Positions 20,643 to 30,493 are shown, counted from the first letter of the stretch. The stretch: DNA of 64,000 nucleotides from Thermovirgaceae bacterium (GCA_049974925.1 JBNGDE010000001.1:3502-67501), one strand, 5' to 3'. Numbers and translations: made by a program. The notes: a model not told the origin generated them from the letters alone.

Positions 20643-21718
20643 AGGAGAGAGTTCCCTATTCCATGGAACTAAAGGATATTGCTGAAACCGTATCGAAAGA
20701 AACAGGTATCCCCCTTTGCGGACGCGATGTAGAGAGGGTCGCCGCGGCTCTTCTGAGAACACCGGATTTCTGGCACATCATCGAGTATTCTGAAGAACCC
20801 GTTCCGGTGGTCGCCTCGACGCTCCGCATTTTTGAACAAAGGGGGCTTGCCGAGGTCCAAAACGACGGGGTGTTTTTGACACCCGAGGGTGCACGCGCAT
20901 TCCAGAAAACAGGCATCTGGCCGGTTGTGGCTCACCTTTGTCCGCGTTGCAAGGGAAGAACAGTGGTAAAGGACGCCTTCACCGAAGCGCTGCGTCGTTT
21001 CGAATCCATACATGGCAAGAGGCCCCCGGCACTGCGCGTTTTTGACCAGGCTTATGTCACGCCGGAGACCACCTTTGCGCGGATAGCCCTTGCAGACAGT
21101 CACGGCGATATCCGTGGAAAGGACATCCTCGTTTTGGGGGATGACGATCTCATGGGGCTGGGCCTTGCCTTTACGCAATTGCCGAAGAGCGTTACCGTCA
21201 TCGAAATTGACGAGCGCCTCATCGAATTTGAAAGGGAGGAAGCCAGCCGGGCGGGGATCAAAACGCTCAAAGCCGCAAAGCATGACCTGCGAAAGCCGTT
21301 GCCGGAGAGCCTCATCGACTCCTTCGACGTATTTTTCTGTGACCCCCCGGAAACCGTTGCCGCCTTCGATGCCTTTATCGGCCGTGGTGCCCTTTCCCTC
21401 AAGGGACCTGGAGGAGCGGGGTATTTCGGATTGACCAGCGCCGAAAGCTCTTTTGCGAAGTGGAAGATCCTGCAGGAAGGCCTTTTGGCAAGGGGATTTG
21501 TTTTGACCGATCTGATCAGGGGATTCAACGAGTATGTCAATTGGGATTACGCCGAGGATATGCGGGCCTGGGAAATGGCGCCAGTCAAGAACCCTCCCGG
21601 CCGAAACTGGTACCGTTCGGCCATGTTCCGGGTCGAACTTGTCAGGAAGGGGCGGATACCCAATACAGACCTGACGGACAGCGAAATATACAATGACCGG
21701 GAGAGTTCGACCGTCTAG
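20639..21718 (+). CDS. bpsA: Branched-chain polyamine synthase (N4-bis(aminopropyl)spermidine synthase, DUF43)
   Basis: SEEPVP, CPRCKGRTV, FDQAYVTPETT, VLGDDDL, DLRKPLP, DPPET, FNEYVNW, C-terminal ESST; these match Thermococcus BpsA as recalled. Alternative start ATG 20663. Confidence 0.92.
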   Translation: MKERVPYSMELKDIAETVSKETGIPLCGRDVERVAAALLRTPDFWHIIEYSEEPVPVVASTLRIFEQRGLAEVQNDGVFLTPEGARAFQKTGIWPVVAHLCPRCKGRTVVKDAFTEALRRFESIHGKRPPALRVFDQAYVTPETTFARIALADSHGDIRGKDILVLGDDDLMGLGLAFTQLPKSVTVIEIDERLIEFEREEASRAGIKTLKAAKHDLRKPLPESLIDSFDVFFCDPPETVAAFDAFIGRGALSLKGPGGAGYFGLTSAESSFAKWKILQEGLLARGFVLTDLIRGFNEYVNWDYAEDMRAWEMAPVKNPPGRNWYRSAMFRVELVRKGRIPNTDLTDSEIYNDRESSTV

Positions 21719-21794
21719 CCGGTGACATCGAGAAACGGCGGTTGTGCTTGACTGCGTCCTTTCTTACAATAGGTATTGCATGAAACGGGGAGGA

Positions 21795-22142
21795 ATGCCT
21801 GTGAACGAGGGTTGCGTATTCTGCCGGATCATAAGCGGCGAACTTCCGGCGGATATCGTAGAAGCCGATGACGAAACCGTCGTCATACGGGACATACATC
21901 CCCAAGCGCCCACGCATCTTCTGGTGATCCCGAAGAAGCACATTCCTTCGGCGGCAGAGGTTGCCGAGCCGCAGGTCTGGGCGAGGCTGCTGGACAAGGC
22001 GACGAAGGTCGCCCGGCGGCATGATCTGGAGAAGGCCGGTTACCGCCTGGTAGTAAACTGCGGAGACAAGGCGGGCCAGACAGTGCCGCACCTTCATGTT
22101 CATCTTCTTTCGGGACGCCTGTTAGGCTGGCCCCCGGGCTAG
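21795..22142 (+). CDS. Histidine triad (HIT) nucleotide-binding protein
   Basis: CVFCRI, DIHPQAPTH, GQTVPHLHVHLL, C-terminal WPPG. Start 21795 or 21801. Confidence 0.93.
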   Translation: MPVNEGCVFCRIISGELPADIVEADDETVVIRDIHPQAPTHLLVIPKKHIPSAAEVAEPQVWARLLDKATKVARRHDLEKAGYRLVVNCGDKAGQTVPHLHVHLLSGRLLGWPPG

Positions 22143-22172
22143 CAAGGGCGACAGAAGGGGGGGAAGGACTCA

Positions 22173-22352
22173 ATGACTGAAGTAAGGCGCCGTGACAATG
22201 AATCCCTCGAAGACGCACTCAAGCGTTTCAAGCGGGAGGTTTCCAAGGGAGGCGTACTGCGCGAGGCCAAAAGACGCAGGCACTATGAGAAACCGAGTGA
22301 AGAGAAAAAGAGAAAACGGGAAGCGGCTTCAAGGAAAAAACGGAGGAGGTAA
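22173..22352 (+). CDS. rpsU: 30S ribosomal protein S21 (not in the ORF track)
   Basis: Manual translation: [59 protein letters not shown]. Confidence 0.97.
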   Translation: MTEVRRRDNESLEDALKRFKREVSKGGVLREAKRRRHYEKPSEEKKRKREAASRKKRRR

Positions 22353-22358
22353 CGGCCA

Positions 22359-22817
22359 GTGGAGGAATTCGAGGAACGTCTCCAGCATGACCTGGTCGAT
22401 GCCATGAAACGCCGTGACAAGGCGGTTGTGGATAGTATCCGGCTCATCAAGGCCGCTCTGGAAAACCTGAAGGCTGAAAAAGGTCGTACTGCCCCGCTGG
22501 AAGAGCAGGATGTCACCGCCATGCTGCGGAGACTCATCAAACAAAGGCGGGAGGCTGCCCTGCTGTACCGGAGCGGTGGAGCGCCGGACCGGGCGGATCG
22601 GGAGCTCGAAGAAGCTGAATTCATTGCAGGATATCTTCCGGATGAGATGAGCGATGAAGCTATCGCGGCAAAAGCCCGAAAGGTCATTGATGATACCGGC
22701 GCCGGAGGTCCTTCGGATATCGGGAAAGTCATGGGGAAGCTCATGCCCGAAATCGGAGGGAAAGCCGATGGATCCCGGGTGAAGGACATCGTAGTGGAGC
22801 TGTTGAAAGAAAAGTAA
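22359..22817 (+). CDS. yqeY: GatB/YqeY domain protein
   Basis: DAMK, IKQRREA, YLP, IGKVMG, GKADG. Follows rpsU. Confidence 0.92.
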   Translation: MEEFEERLQHDLVDAMKRRDKAVVDSIRLIKAALENLKAEKGRTAPLEEQDVTAMLRRLIKQRREAALLYRSGGAPDRADRELEEAEFIAGYLPDEMSDEAIAAKARKVIDDTGAGGPSDIGKVMGKLMPEIGGKADGSRVKDIVVELLKEK

Positions 22818-22835
22818 CACCACACAAGTCTCTTC

Positions 22836-22879
22836 GGGGCAGTGCCCGGACTCGGATTCCCGGGAACTGCCCCTTTTTT
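22836..22879 (+). terminator. Intrinsic terminator after yqeY
   Basis: GGGGCAGTGCCCGG...CCGGGAACTGCCCC followed by TTTTTT. Confidence 0.85.
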
Positions 22880-22952
22880 GCAGCTGCGGGTTCCGCCAAT
22901 GATATTGATATAATTTGGCTGTGACAAATTTCGCAAAGGAAAGGAGAAAACC

Positions 22953-23423
22953 GTGCGCTGCCCAAAATGCAAGGCTCTCGAAACACGGGTTCTCGAGACT
23001 CGGACCGTCAGCGAGGGACGTGTGGTTAGAAGACGGAGGGAATGCCCGCAATGCCAGTGCCGTTTTACCACGTACGAGCGTCTTGAGGAACCTCAAGTGC
23101 TTTGGATCGTGAAAAAAAGCGGCCAGCGGGAAGCCTTCGACAGGGACAAACTTTTGAAAGGGCTCGCCAGGGCCTGTGAAAAGCTCTCCATCTCCTTGGA
23201 GCAGATCGAAAGCACCGTCTCACGGATTGAAGAAAAATTGTATGAAAACGGACAGAACGAAGTCTCCAGCCAGGTGGTGGGAAGTCTGGCAATGGAAGAG
23301 CTCAGAAAGCTCCACAAGGTTGCCTACGTTCGTTTTGCGTCGGTATACAGGGAATTTACCGATGTGTCATCCTTCATCGACGAAGTGAGACGCTTGCACA
23401 ATGGAAGGGATGAATACCACTGA
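22953..23423 (+). CDS. nrdR: Transcriptional repressor NrdR
   Basis: MRCPKC, RRRRECPQC, RFTTYE, ATP cone, VAYVRFASVYR. Confidence 0.97.
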   Translation: MRCPKCKALETRVLETRTVSEGRVVRRRRECPQCQCRFTTYERLEEPQVLWIVKKSGQREAFDRDKLLKGLARACEKLSISLEQIESTVSRIEEKLYENGQNEVSSQVVGSLAMEELRKLHKVAYVRFASVYREFTDVSSFIDEVRRLHNGRDEYH

Positions 23424-23620
23424 ACGTAGGGAGTTCTCCGGCAGTGAGCCCGTGGGAAACCGGCGATTCGGTGAATCCGGCGGCAAAAAGCTTGTTCCGT
23501 CCTTGTTGTGGATTCAATAATTTTTTGCGGCGTAAAATCTTCTTGTGTTCGCGTATTCCTCACCCGTATGTTTTCGTGTAAAATTTCCTTGGTACCGATA
23601 TCTCTGGGAGGTGAGCCTAA

Positions 23621-24769
23621 GTGAAAAAGGGTGTTTTCTTTGGTGTCATGGCCTTGGTGGCCGTCGTTGGGTTGGCTATGTTCGGCGGGCAGGCATTCGC
23701 TGAGGATGAAATCCGCATTGGTGTCTACCTGCCGCTGACGGGACAGAATGCCTTTGGCGGGCAGCTGGAACTCGAAGGCATCAGAATGGCCCACGAGGAA
23801 GTTCCGGAAGTCCTCGGGAAGAAGGTCGAACTCATCGTCGTCGACAACAAATCCGACAAGGTTGAGGCAGCCAACGCAGTAAAGCGGCTGATCGACAGGG
23901 ACAAGGTCCATGCCATTATCGGGACCTATGGTTCATCCCTTGCAATGGCGGGCGGGGAAGTTGCCGAAAAAGCAGGTATACCCATGGTGGGCACATCCTG
24001 CACGAACCCCCTCGTGACGATGGGTAAGAAATACATTTTCAGGGTCTGCTTCATCGACCCCTATCAGGGTGCCGGTGCGGCGACCTATGCCATTAACGAA
24101 CTTGGTGCGAAAAAGGCTGCCCTTTTGACGGATGTTGCCAACGACTATGCCGTCGGGCTCGCGGGATTCTTTGAAAGGTCCTTCGAGAAAATGGGCGGGG
24201 AGATCGTGGCGAAGCTCAGGTACAACTCGGGAGACCAGGATTTCACAGCCCAGTTGACCGAAATCATCAGCAAGGAGCCGGATGTTCTCTTCATCCCGGC
24301 CTATTTTGCCGAAGGTGCAATCATAATGAAACAGGCGGAGGAACTGGGAGCCGAGTTCCAGATCATGGGTGGCGACGCCATGGATAACCCCCAGATCGTA
24401 GAGATAGGCGGATCTGCCGTCGAAGGATTCATACACACCACTTTCCCTTACGACCCCTCAATGGAAGAAATGAATCCCACGGCGAAGCAGTTCACCGAGA
24501 ACTGGAGGGTCAAACATCCCGATCAGGATCCCAATGTCAATGCAGCTCTCGGGTATGATTCCTACATGATCCTCATCGACGCTATCAAACGGGCCGGGAC
24601 CACCGATCCCGAGGCGATCACAAAGGCTCTTGCCGAGACAAAAGAATTCGAAGGCGTCACGGGCTTGACAACCATCAACGAGACCCATGACGCGGAAAAG
24701 CCCGTGGGCATTGTGATGATCAAGGACGGCAAGAAGCAGTACGTAGCAACCATCCAGCCGGAGCTCTAG
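23621..24769 (+). CDS. livK: Branched-chain amino acid ABC transporter substrate-binding protein
   Basis: Signal peptide, IGVYLPLTG, DNKSD, TNPLVT, FRVCFID. Confidence 0.9.
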   Translation: MKKGVFFGVMALVAVVGLAMFGGQAFAEDEIRIGVYLPLTGQNAFGGQLELEGIRMAHEEVPEVLGKKVELIVVDNKSDKVEAANAVKRLIDRDKVHAIIGTYGSSLAMAGGEVAEKAGIPMVGTSCTNPLVTMGKKYIFRVCFIDPYQGAGAATYAINELGAKKAALLTDVANDYAVGLAGFFERSFEKMGGEIVAKLRYNSGDQDFTAQLTEIISKEPDVLFIPAYFAEGAIIMKQAEELGAEFQIMGGDAMDNPQIVEIGGSAVEGFIHTTFPYDPSMEEMNPTAKQFTENWRVKHPDQDPNVNAALGYDSYMILIDAIKRAGTTDPEAITKALAETKEFEGVTGLTTINETHDAEKPVGIVMIKDGKKQYVATIQPEL

Positions 24770-24806
24770 GGGCCGCTGGTACTGCCGGCAGGCGAATTGA
24801 CGAACA

Positions 24807-24838
24807 CGGGGGAGGAGCACCTGCCTCCCCCGCTTTTC
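24807..24838 (+). terminator. Intercistronic hairpin after livK
   Basis: CGGGGGAGG-8 nt-CCTCCCCCG followed by CTTTTC. Confidence 0.65.
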
Positions 24839-24862
24839 TGTGAAAGTGAGGCGAAACAGCCC

Positions 24863-25756
24863 ATGAGCATGTCAATGTTCGTCCAACATTTGTTCAATGC
24901 CGTAACGCTCGGGAGCCTGTACGCACTGATCGCAATTGGATATACCATGGTTTACGGGATTCTCCGTCTGATCAATTTCGCTCACGGAGAAATCTTTATG
25001 CTGGGGGCCTATTTTGTCTTCTGGGGAGTCACCTTGCTCCATTTGCCATGGTCCCTTGCGGTCATCGTTGCCATAGCCGCTACGTCCCTCGCAGGGGTCA
25101 TGGTGGATCGCGTTGCGTACAGGCCCTTGAGGGATGCGCCAAGAATTTCGGCGCTGATCAGTTCCATCGGCGTGTCCTTTTTCCTCCAGAACCTGGCGAT
25201 CGTGGTATTTTCTGCCATTCCCAGGGAAGTCCAGCGCCCTGAATGGCTTGTGAAAATCATTGTCGTGGGGAAAGTCAGGATACTGCCGCTCACGCTCGTT
25301 GTTCCGGTAATGTCCTTTCTGCTGATGTTGGGATTGCTTTTTATCGTTTATCGGACGAAACCGGGACTGGGCATGCGGGCGATATCCAAGGACATCGAAA
25401 CGAGCCGCCTGATGGGGGTTCCCGTCAACAGGATTGTGGCCATGACCTTTGGCATCGGTTCGGCCCTTGCCGCGGCGTCGGGTATCATGTGGGCCCTGCG
25501 CTATCCCCAGCTTCAGCCCGTCATGGGCGTCATCCCCGGTTTTAAAGCTTTTATTGCCGCTGTGTTCGGCGGTATTGGGTCGATTCAGGGCGCCGTCCTC
25601 GGTGGAATGATCCTGGGCATCATGGAGATCATGATCGTGGCCTTCCTGCCTGCTCTGGCAGGGTACAGGGATGCCTTTGCCTTTGTTCTCCTGATCATCA
25701 TCCTTCTCGTCAAGCCCACAGGGCTTTTGGGCGATAAACTGGAGGATAAAGTGTGA
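24863..25756 (+). CDS. livH: Branched-chain amino acid ABC permease
   Basis: YALIAIGYTMVYGILRLINFAHGE, KAFIAAVFGGIGS, KPTGL. Confidence 0.95.
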   Translation: MSMSMFVQHLFNAVTLGSLYALIAIGYTMVYGILRLINFAHGEIFMLGAYFVFWGVTLLHLPWSLAVIVAIAATSLAGVMVDRVAYRPLRDAPRISALISSIGVSFFLQNLAIVVFSAIPREVQRPEWLVKIIVVGKVRILPLTLVVPVMSFLLMLGLLFIVYRTKPGLGMRAISKDIETSRLMGVPVNRIVAMTFGIGSALAAASGIMWALRYPQLQPVMGVIPGFKAFIAAVFGGIGSIQGAVLGGMILGIMEIMIVAFLPALAGYRDAFAFVLLIIILLVKPTGLLGDKLEDKV

Positions 25757-26805
25757 TGGAAGACAAAAGGAAACGCAACCTCATCCTGAACAGCCTGATC
25801 GCCGGTGTCTTTGCGCTCTTTTTGTACTGGGCCGAAGGGAACCTGGGAGGATACAGGATACAGATCATGAACCTCGTCGCCGTCAATATCATTCTTGGAT
25901 TGAGTCTCAACCTGATATATGGTTTTGCAGGCATGTTTTCCCTCGGCCATGCAGGCTTCATGGCCATCGGTGCCTACACCTGTTCACTTCTCATCATGCC
26001 GCCGGTGCAGAAACAGGTGCTTTTCATCCTTGAGCCCGCAATGTGGCCCTTCTCCGTCATTCACGCGCCCTTTCTGGTGGCGGTCATCGTGGCAGGCCTG
26101 ACGGCGGCACTGGCGGGAATCCTCATTGGCTTGCCTGTTCTAAGGCTCGGTGGGGACTATCTCGGAATCGCCACCCTTGGCTTTGCGGAAATCATCCGTG
26201 TCCTGGCCAACAACCTGCCGCGGATAACAAACGGTGCGCTGGGTTTTAAAGGAATCCCCGGTTACGCAAATTTGTGGTGGAACTACGGATGGTGCTTCCT
26301 GACGCTGGTGATAATTGTCAGGCTTGTCAACAGTAACTTCGGCAACGCCCTCAAGGCGATCAGGGATGATGAAGTCGCTGCGAGGGCTATGGGTATCAAC
26401 ACGTTCAAATACCGTCTGACGGCTTTTGCTATCGGGTCCTTTTTCGCGGGAGTTGGCGGCGCGCTGCTGGCGAGTCTCCTCACGACGATAGATCCGAAGA
26501 TGTTTCTCTTTTTGTTGACCTTCAATGTCCTCATGATAGTCGTGGCGGGAGGACTCGGTTCCATAACGGGAACGGTCATTGCCGGCGTGATTATCACGGT
26601 GCTTCTGGAGTGGTTGCGGATCGTGGAGAATCCGGTCACTTTCGGTGACTTCGAGATCCCTGGCATTCCAGGCATGCGCATGGTCGTTTTTTCTTTGGCG
26701 CTCCTTTTTATTATCCTTTTCAGGCGACAGGGGATCATGGGAAGAAGGGAAATCACCTGGGACACTATATTCGGCCTTTTCCGAAAGCGGGGTGCTGATA
26801 AATGA
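25753..26805 (+). CDS. livM: Branched-chain amino acid ABC permease
   Basis: FSLGHAGFMAIGAY, LRLGGDYLGIATLGFAEI, AIRDDEVAA. Confidence 0.95.
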   Translation: MMEDKRKRNLILNSLIAGVFALFLYWAEGNLGGYRIQIMNLVAVNIILGLSLNLIYGFAGMFSLGHAGFMAIGAYTCSLLIMPPVQKQVLFILEPAMWPFSVIHAPFLVAVIVAGLTAALAGILIGLPVLRLGGDYLGIATLGFAEIIRVLANNLPRITNGALGFKGIPGYANLWWNYGWCFLTLVIIVRLVNSNFGNALKAIRDDEVAARAMGINTFKYRLTAFAIGSFFAGVGGALLASLLTTIDPKMFLFLLTFNVLMIVVAGGLGSITGTVIAGVIITVLLEWLRIVENPVTFGDFEIPGIPGMRMVVFSLALLFIILFRRQGIMGRREITWDTIFGLFRKRGADK

Positions 26806-27590
26806 CGGCCCGCGAGATCGTTCTCGAGACGAAAAGCGTGACCATGAAGTTCGGCGGCCTGACGGCGGTTCACAACTTCAACATCCAGGTCGAAAAGGGC
26901 AGGATCGTCGGTCTGATTGGACCGAACGGCGCGGGAAAAACCACCTGCTTCAACATGATCACCGGTTTTTACAGGCCTACGGAAGGGTCCATTATATTTC
27001 GCGGCGAGGACATCACGGGGTGGAAGCCGCACCGTATCTGCGAGGCAGGCATTGCGAGGACCTTCCAGAATATACGGCTCTTCGCCGGTGGGACGGTTTT
27101 GCAGAACGTCATGGTTGGGGCTCACCTGCGGCAGAAGACCACATGGTGGCACTCCATACTGGGCCTGCCGTCCTTTTACAGAGAGGAAAAGGAAATCAGG
27201 GAAAAATCACACGAGCTTCTCAAGGCCGTCGGCCTGGAAGAGCTTGCAGGTGAGGATGCCCAGGGACTTCCCTACGGCGCCCAGAGGCGTCTTGAAATTG
27301 CCCGGGCCCTCGCAACGGAGCCGCATTTCCTTTTGCTCGACGAGCCTGCGGCCGGAATGAACCCCTATGAAACGCAGCGGCTCATGGAGTTTATCAAAGA
27401 AATCAGGGACCGGTTCCATCTCACAATCCTCCTGATCGAGCACGACATGAAAGTGGTCATGGGAATTTGTGAGCATATATGGGTTCTTGACTACGGTGTT
27501 ACCATAGCCGAAGGGAACCCCGAGGAAATTCAGGGCGATCCGAAGGTGATCGAAGCCTACCTGGGAGAGGAGTACCTCCAAAATGCTTAG
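26802..27590 (+). CDS. livG: Branched-chain amino acid ABC ATPase
   Basis: GPNGAGKTT, RTFQNIRLF, LPYGAQRRLEIARAL, LDEPAAG. Confidence 0.95.
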   Translation: MTAREIVLETKSVTMKFGGLTAVHNFNIQVEKGRIVGLIGPNGAGKTTCFNMITGFYRPTEGSIIFRGEDITGWKPHRICEAGIARTFQNIRLFAGGTVLQNVMVGAHLRQKTTWWHSILGLPSFYREEKEIREKSHELLKAVGLEELAGEDAQGLPYGAQRRLEIARALATEPHFLLLDEPAAGMNPYETQRLMEFIKEIRDRFHLTILLIEHDMKVVMGICEHIWVLDYGVTIAEGNPEEIQGDPKVIEAYLGEEYLQNA

Positions 27591-28287
27591 CATCAGAGAT
27601 CTTCACGTCCATTACGGAGGGATACACGCCCTGAAAGGTATTTCGCTGGAAGTTCCCAGGGGAAATATCGTCACCCTCATCGGTGCGAACGGAGCCGGCA
27701 AAAGCACCACACTGCGCACCATTGCCGGACTTGTTCGCAAAACAAAGGGAGAAATCCTGTACGAAGGGAAATCCCTCGAGGGGATGAGCCCGGAGGATGT
27801 GGTCAAGGCGGGGATCGTCATGGGCCCCGAGGGAAGGAGAATCTTCCCCCACCTCAGTGTTCTGGATAATCTCATGCTTGGGGCCTATACCAGAAACGAC
27901 AGGGAAGGCATAGAAAAGGACCTTCACTGGGTCTACGAGCTTTTTCCCAGGCTGAAGGAAAGGCTTTGGCAAAAGGGCGGTACCCTTTCGGGAGGCGAGC
28001 AGCAGATGCTCGCCGTCGGCAGGGCCCTCATGAGCTCGCCGAAGCTTGTCATGCTCGACGAACCGTCGCTGGGTCTGGCACCCCTTCTGGTCAGGGAGGT
28101 CTTTGAAATCATCGAAACCATCAACCAGCAGGGCAAGACAGTGCTCCTTGTCGAGCAGAACGCTTTTGCCTCCCTGAAGATAGCGCACTATGCCTATGTG
28201 CTGGAAGTCGGTCAGATCGTTCTCGAGGGAACAGGCCAGGATCTTCTCAAGGACAAGAGGGTTCAAGAGGCCTACCTGGGTGGCTGA
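27583..28287 (+). CDS. livF: Branched-chain amino acid ABC ATPase
   Basis: GANGAGKST, PEGRRIF, LSGGEQQML, LDEPSLGLAP. Confidence 0.95.
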   Translation: MLSIRDLHVHYGGIHALKGISLEVPRGNIVTLIGANGAGKSTTLRTIAGLVRKTKGEILYEGKSLEGMSPEDVVKAGIVMGPEGRRIFPHLSVLDNLMLGAYTRNDREGIEKDLHWVYELFPRLKERLWQKGGTLSGGEQQMLAVGRALMSSPKLVMLDEPSLGLAPLLVREVFEIIETINQQGKTVLLVEQNAFASLKIAHYAYVLEVGQIVLEGTGQDLLKDKRVQEAYLGG

Positions 28288-28372
28288 CCCCCCCGTTTGG
28301 TCCGGGTAGGCGAAGAAACCTCCCGGGGTCGGCAAAGCATGAGGGATAGCCGAAAAGAAGGAGTGGAGCTTT

Positions 28373-28951
28373 ATGCCGGCATTGAATCTTCCGAACCTTC
28401 TAAGCCTGTCACGGGTTTTTCTGGCGCCTCTCGTCATGGTGTTTTTGACGCTACGGGTGCAGTTCGGAAGCCTTCTCGGCCTCCCATTCGGGGATCTTTT
28501 GGCTGGGGTCGTCTTTATCCTCGCCGCGGCTACGGATACAGTGGACGGGTACATCGCCCGTAAGCACGGCATGGTGACGAATTTCGGCAAACTCGTCGAC
28601 CCTCTGGCAGACAAGATCCTGGTGACTGCGGCACTTGTCTCGCTGGTGCAGCTGCAGAGGCTCCCGGCATGGATCGTCGTGGTAATCGTCTCCAGGGAAT
28701 TTTTCGTGACCGGCCTCAGGATGGTCGCCCTTTCAGAGGGGGTGGTCATCGCCGCATCGGCCTGGGGGAAGGTGAAAACAGTCATCCAGATCGTCGCCAT
28801 TTTGCTGGTGATTTTCGACCTGCCGGGTGGTTTTTTTGCCATGTGGGCGGCGATGATCGTTACCGTCGCTTCTGGGATGGATTATTTCCTGAAGGGAAGA
28901 AACCTTTTCATCGACAATGGTCCTTCGGCGAAGCAGAACAGACGCAAGTAG
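28373..28951 (+). CDS. pgsA: CDP-diacylglycerol--glycerol-3-phosphate 3-phosphatidyltransferase
   Basis: NLPNLLSLSR, DTVDGYIAR...FGKLVDPLADK, REFFVTGLR, GKVKT. Confidence 0.95.
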   Translation: MPALNLPNLLSLSRVFLAPLVMVFLTLRVQFGSLLGLPFGDLLAGVVFILAAATDTVDGYIARKHGMVTNFGKLVDPLADKILVTAALVSLVQLQRLPAWIVVVIVSREFFVTGLRMVALSEGVVIAASAWGKVKTVIQIVAILLVIFDLPGGFFAMWAAMIVTVASGMDYFLKGRNLFIDNGPSAKQNRRK

Positions 28952-28963
28952 CTTGGGGACTGA

Positions 28964-28972
28964 TGGTATAAT
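28964..28972 (+). promoter_or_regulatory. Extended -10 promoter of the tryptophanase-like gene
   Basis: TG-G-TATAAT, 85 nt upstream of the ATG. Confidence 0.55.
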
Positions 28973-29056
28973 TCGGAATGTTCAGAGTCCAGGCACCGGT
29001 TGAGCATGCTGCCAGAAAGCAGAGAAGAAGAAGAGGCAAACCGGGAGGATACAGAC

Positions 29057-30451
29057 ATGGTTTCTCCAATGCAACCGGAGCCGTTCAGAATCAGGATGGT
29101 GGAACCCGTCAGGGTTCCTGACGGCGCAGAACGCGAGGCGGCGTTGAAAAGGGCGAGTTTCAACATGTTCGGGCTCGCGTCGAAGGAGATCTACATTGAC
29201 CTTCTCACCGATTCCGGCACAGGCGCTATGAGCAAATACCAGTGGGCGGCTCTTTTGTGCGGTGACGAAGCCTATGCGGGTGCGGACAGTTTTTACGCAC
29301 TCAAGGATGCTGTGAAGGAGGTCCTGGGATTCGATTATGTTATTCCGACCCACCAGGGCCGCGCCGCTGAGAACGTGACCTTCGGAACGCTGCTCAAGCC
29401 GGGTGACAAGGTCCCTTTCAACATGCCCTTTGACACGACACGGGCCCATATTTTCAACGCCGGCGCGGAACCTGTGGACTGCGTCATCGACGAAGCATTT
29501 GATCCCGCGGTGGAACATCCCTTCAAGGGTGATGTGGACACGTCCAAACTAGAGGATGTCATCGCCCGGGAGGGTAAAGAAAGGATCCCCCTCATCATGG
29601 TGACTGTCACCAACAATTCGGGTGGCGGCCAACCCGTCAGCCTGAAGAATCTCAGGGCGGTTTCCCGGATTGCGAAAAAACATGGTATCCCATTTTTCCT
29701 GGATGCGGCGCGCATGGCGGAAAATGCCTGGTTCATAAAAATGCGTGAGCATGAATACTCTTCGATGTCCGTCAGGGAGATCCTTCGGGCCATGATGGAT
29801 ACCGCAGATGCCATCACCGTATCCTGCAAGAAAGATCCTCTCGTCAACATTGGAGGAATGATCTGCTGCAGGACTGAGGAAATGTACCACAATCTTCTCC
29901 CGAGGGTGATTCTCTTCGAGGGCTTTGCGACCTATGGCGGTCTCGCGGGCCGCGACCTCGAGGCTCTTGCTGTGGGCCTGCGGGAAATGACGGACGAAGC
30001 CTATCTAGCCCACAGGGTTGGACAAATCCGACATCTGGCCCATTTGCTGGATGCCGAAGGGGTTCCCGTCGTCAAGCCTGCAGGGGGGCATGCTGTATTT
30101 GTCGACGCCGCGGAGTTCTTCCCCCACATTCCGCAGATGAAATTCCCTGCCGACGTCCTTTCTGTCGAAGTCTACAGGGAGGGTGCCATCAGGGGGATCG
30201 GTCTGGGCGCCCTCGCGTTTGCCACGGAAGATGAAGACACGGGGGAGGTTATTCCGCCGAAACTGGAACTGTACAGGCTGGCGGTTAACAGGAGAACCTA
30301 TACCAACAGTCATATCGAGTATGTCGCGTCGAAAATCATCGACGTCTACAAGCGAAGAGACCAGGTCAATTACGGTCTGGATGTCGTCAAGGCCCCGGCG
30401 GTCAAGGGTCTGAAGCATTTTCTCGCAAAGCTGCAACCCGTGTCACTCTAG
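29057..30451 (+). CDS. tnaA: Tryptophanase-like PLP beta-eliminating lyase
   Basis: EPFRIRMVE, DLLTDSGT, GDEAYAG, HQGRAAE, FDTT, SCKKD (PLP Lys), TYGGLAGRD, KHF. FDTT and HF favour tryptophanase over tyrosine phenol-lyase. Confidence 0.8.
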   Translation: MVSPMQPEPFRIRMVEPVRVPDGAEREAALKRASFNMFGLASKEIYIDLLTDSGTGAMSKYQWAALLCGDEAYAGADSFYALKDAVKEVLGFDYVIPTHQGRAAENVTFGTLLKPGDKVPFNMPFDTTRAHIFNAGAEPVDCVIDEAFDPAVEHPFKGDVDTSKLEDVIAREGKERIPLIMVTVTNNSGGGQPVSLKNLRAVSRIAKKHGIPFFLDAARMAENAWFIKMREHEYSSMSVREILRAMMDTADAITVSCKKDPLVNIGGMICCRTEEMYHNLLPRVILFEGFATYGGLAGRDLEALAVGLREMTDEAYLAHRVGQIRHLAHLLDAEGVPVVKPAGGHAVFVDAAEFFPHIPQMKFPADVLSVEVYREGAIRGIGLGALAFATEDEDTGEVIPPKLELYRLAVNRRTYTNSHIEYVASKIIDVYKRRDQVNYGLDVVKAPAVKGLKHFLAKLQPVSL

Positions 30452-30462
30452 GTGCCCTGACC

Positions 30463-30493
30463 AGGCACGGAACCTTCGGGTTCCGTGCCTTTT
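30463..30493 (+). terminator. Intrinsic terminator with cUUCGg loop
   Basis: AGGCACGGAACC-TTCG-GGTTCCGTGCCT-TTT. Confidence 0.88.

Noticed and set aside
23424-23620. T-box or attenuator upstream of the liv operon
   Set aside because: No T-box consensus (GGTGGxACCGCG), no terminator before livK and no BCAA-rich leader peptide.
28973-29056. TnaC-like leader peptide upstream of the tryptophanase-like gene
   Set aside because: The short upstream ORF contains no Trp and runs into the gene out of frame.
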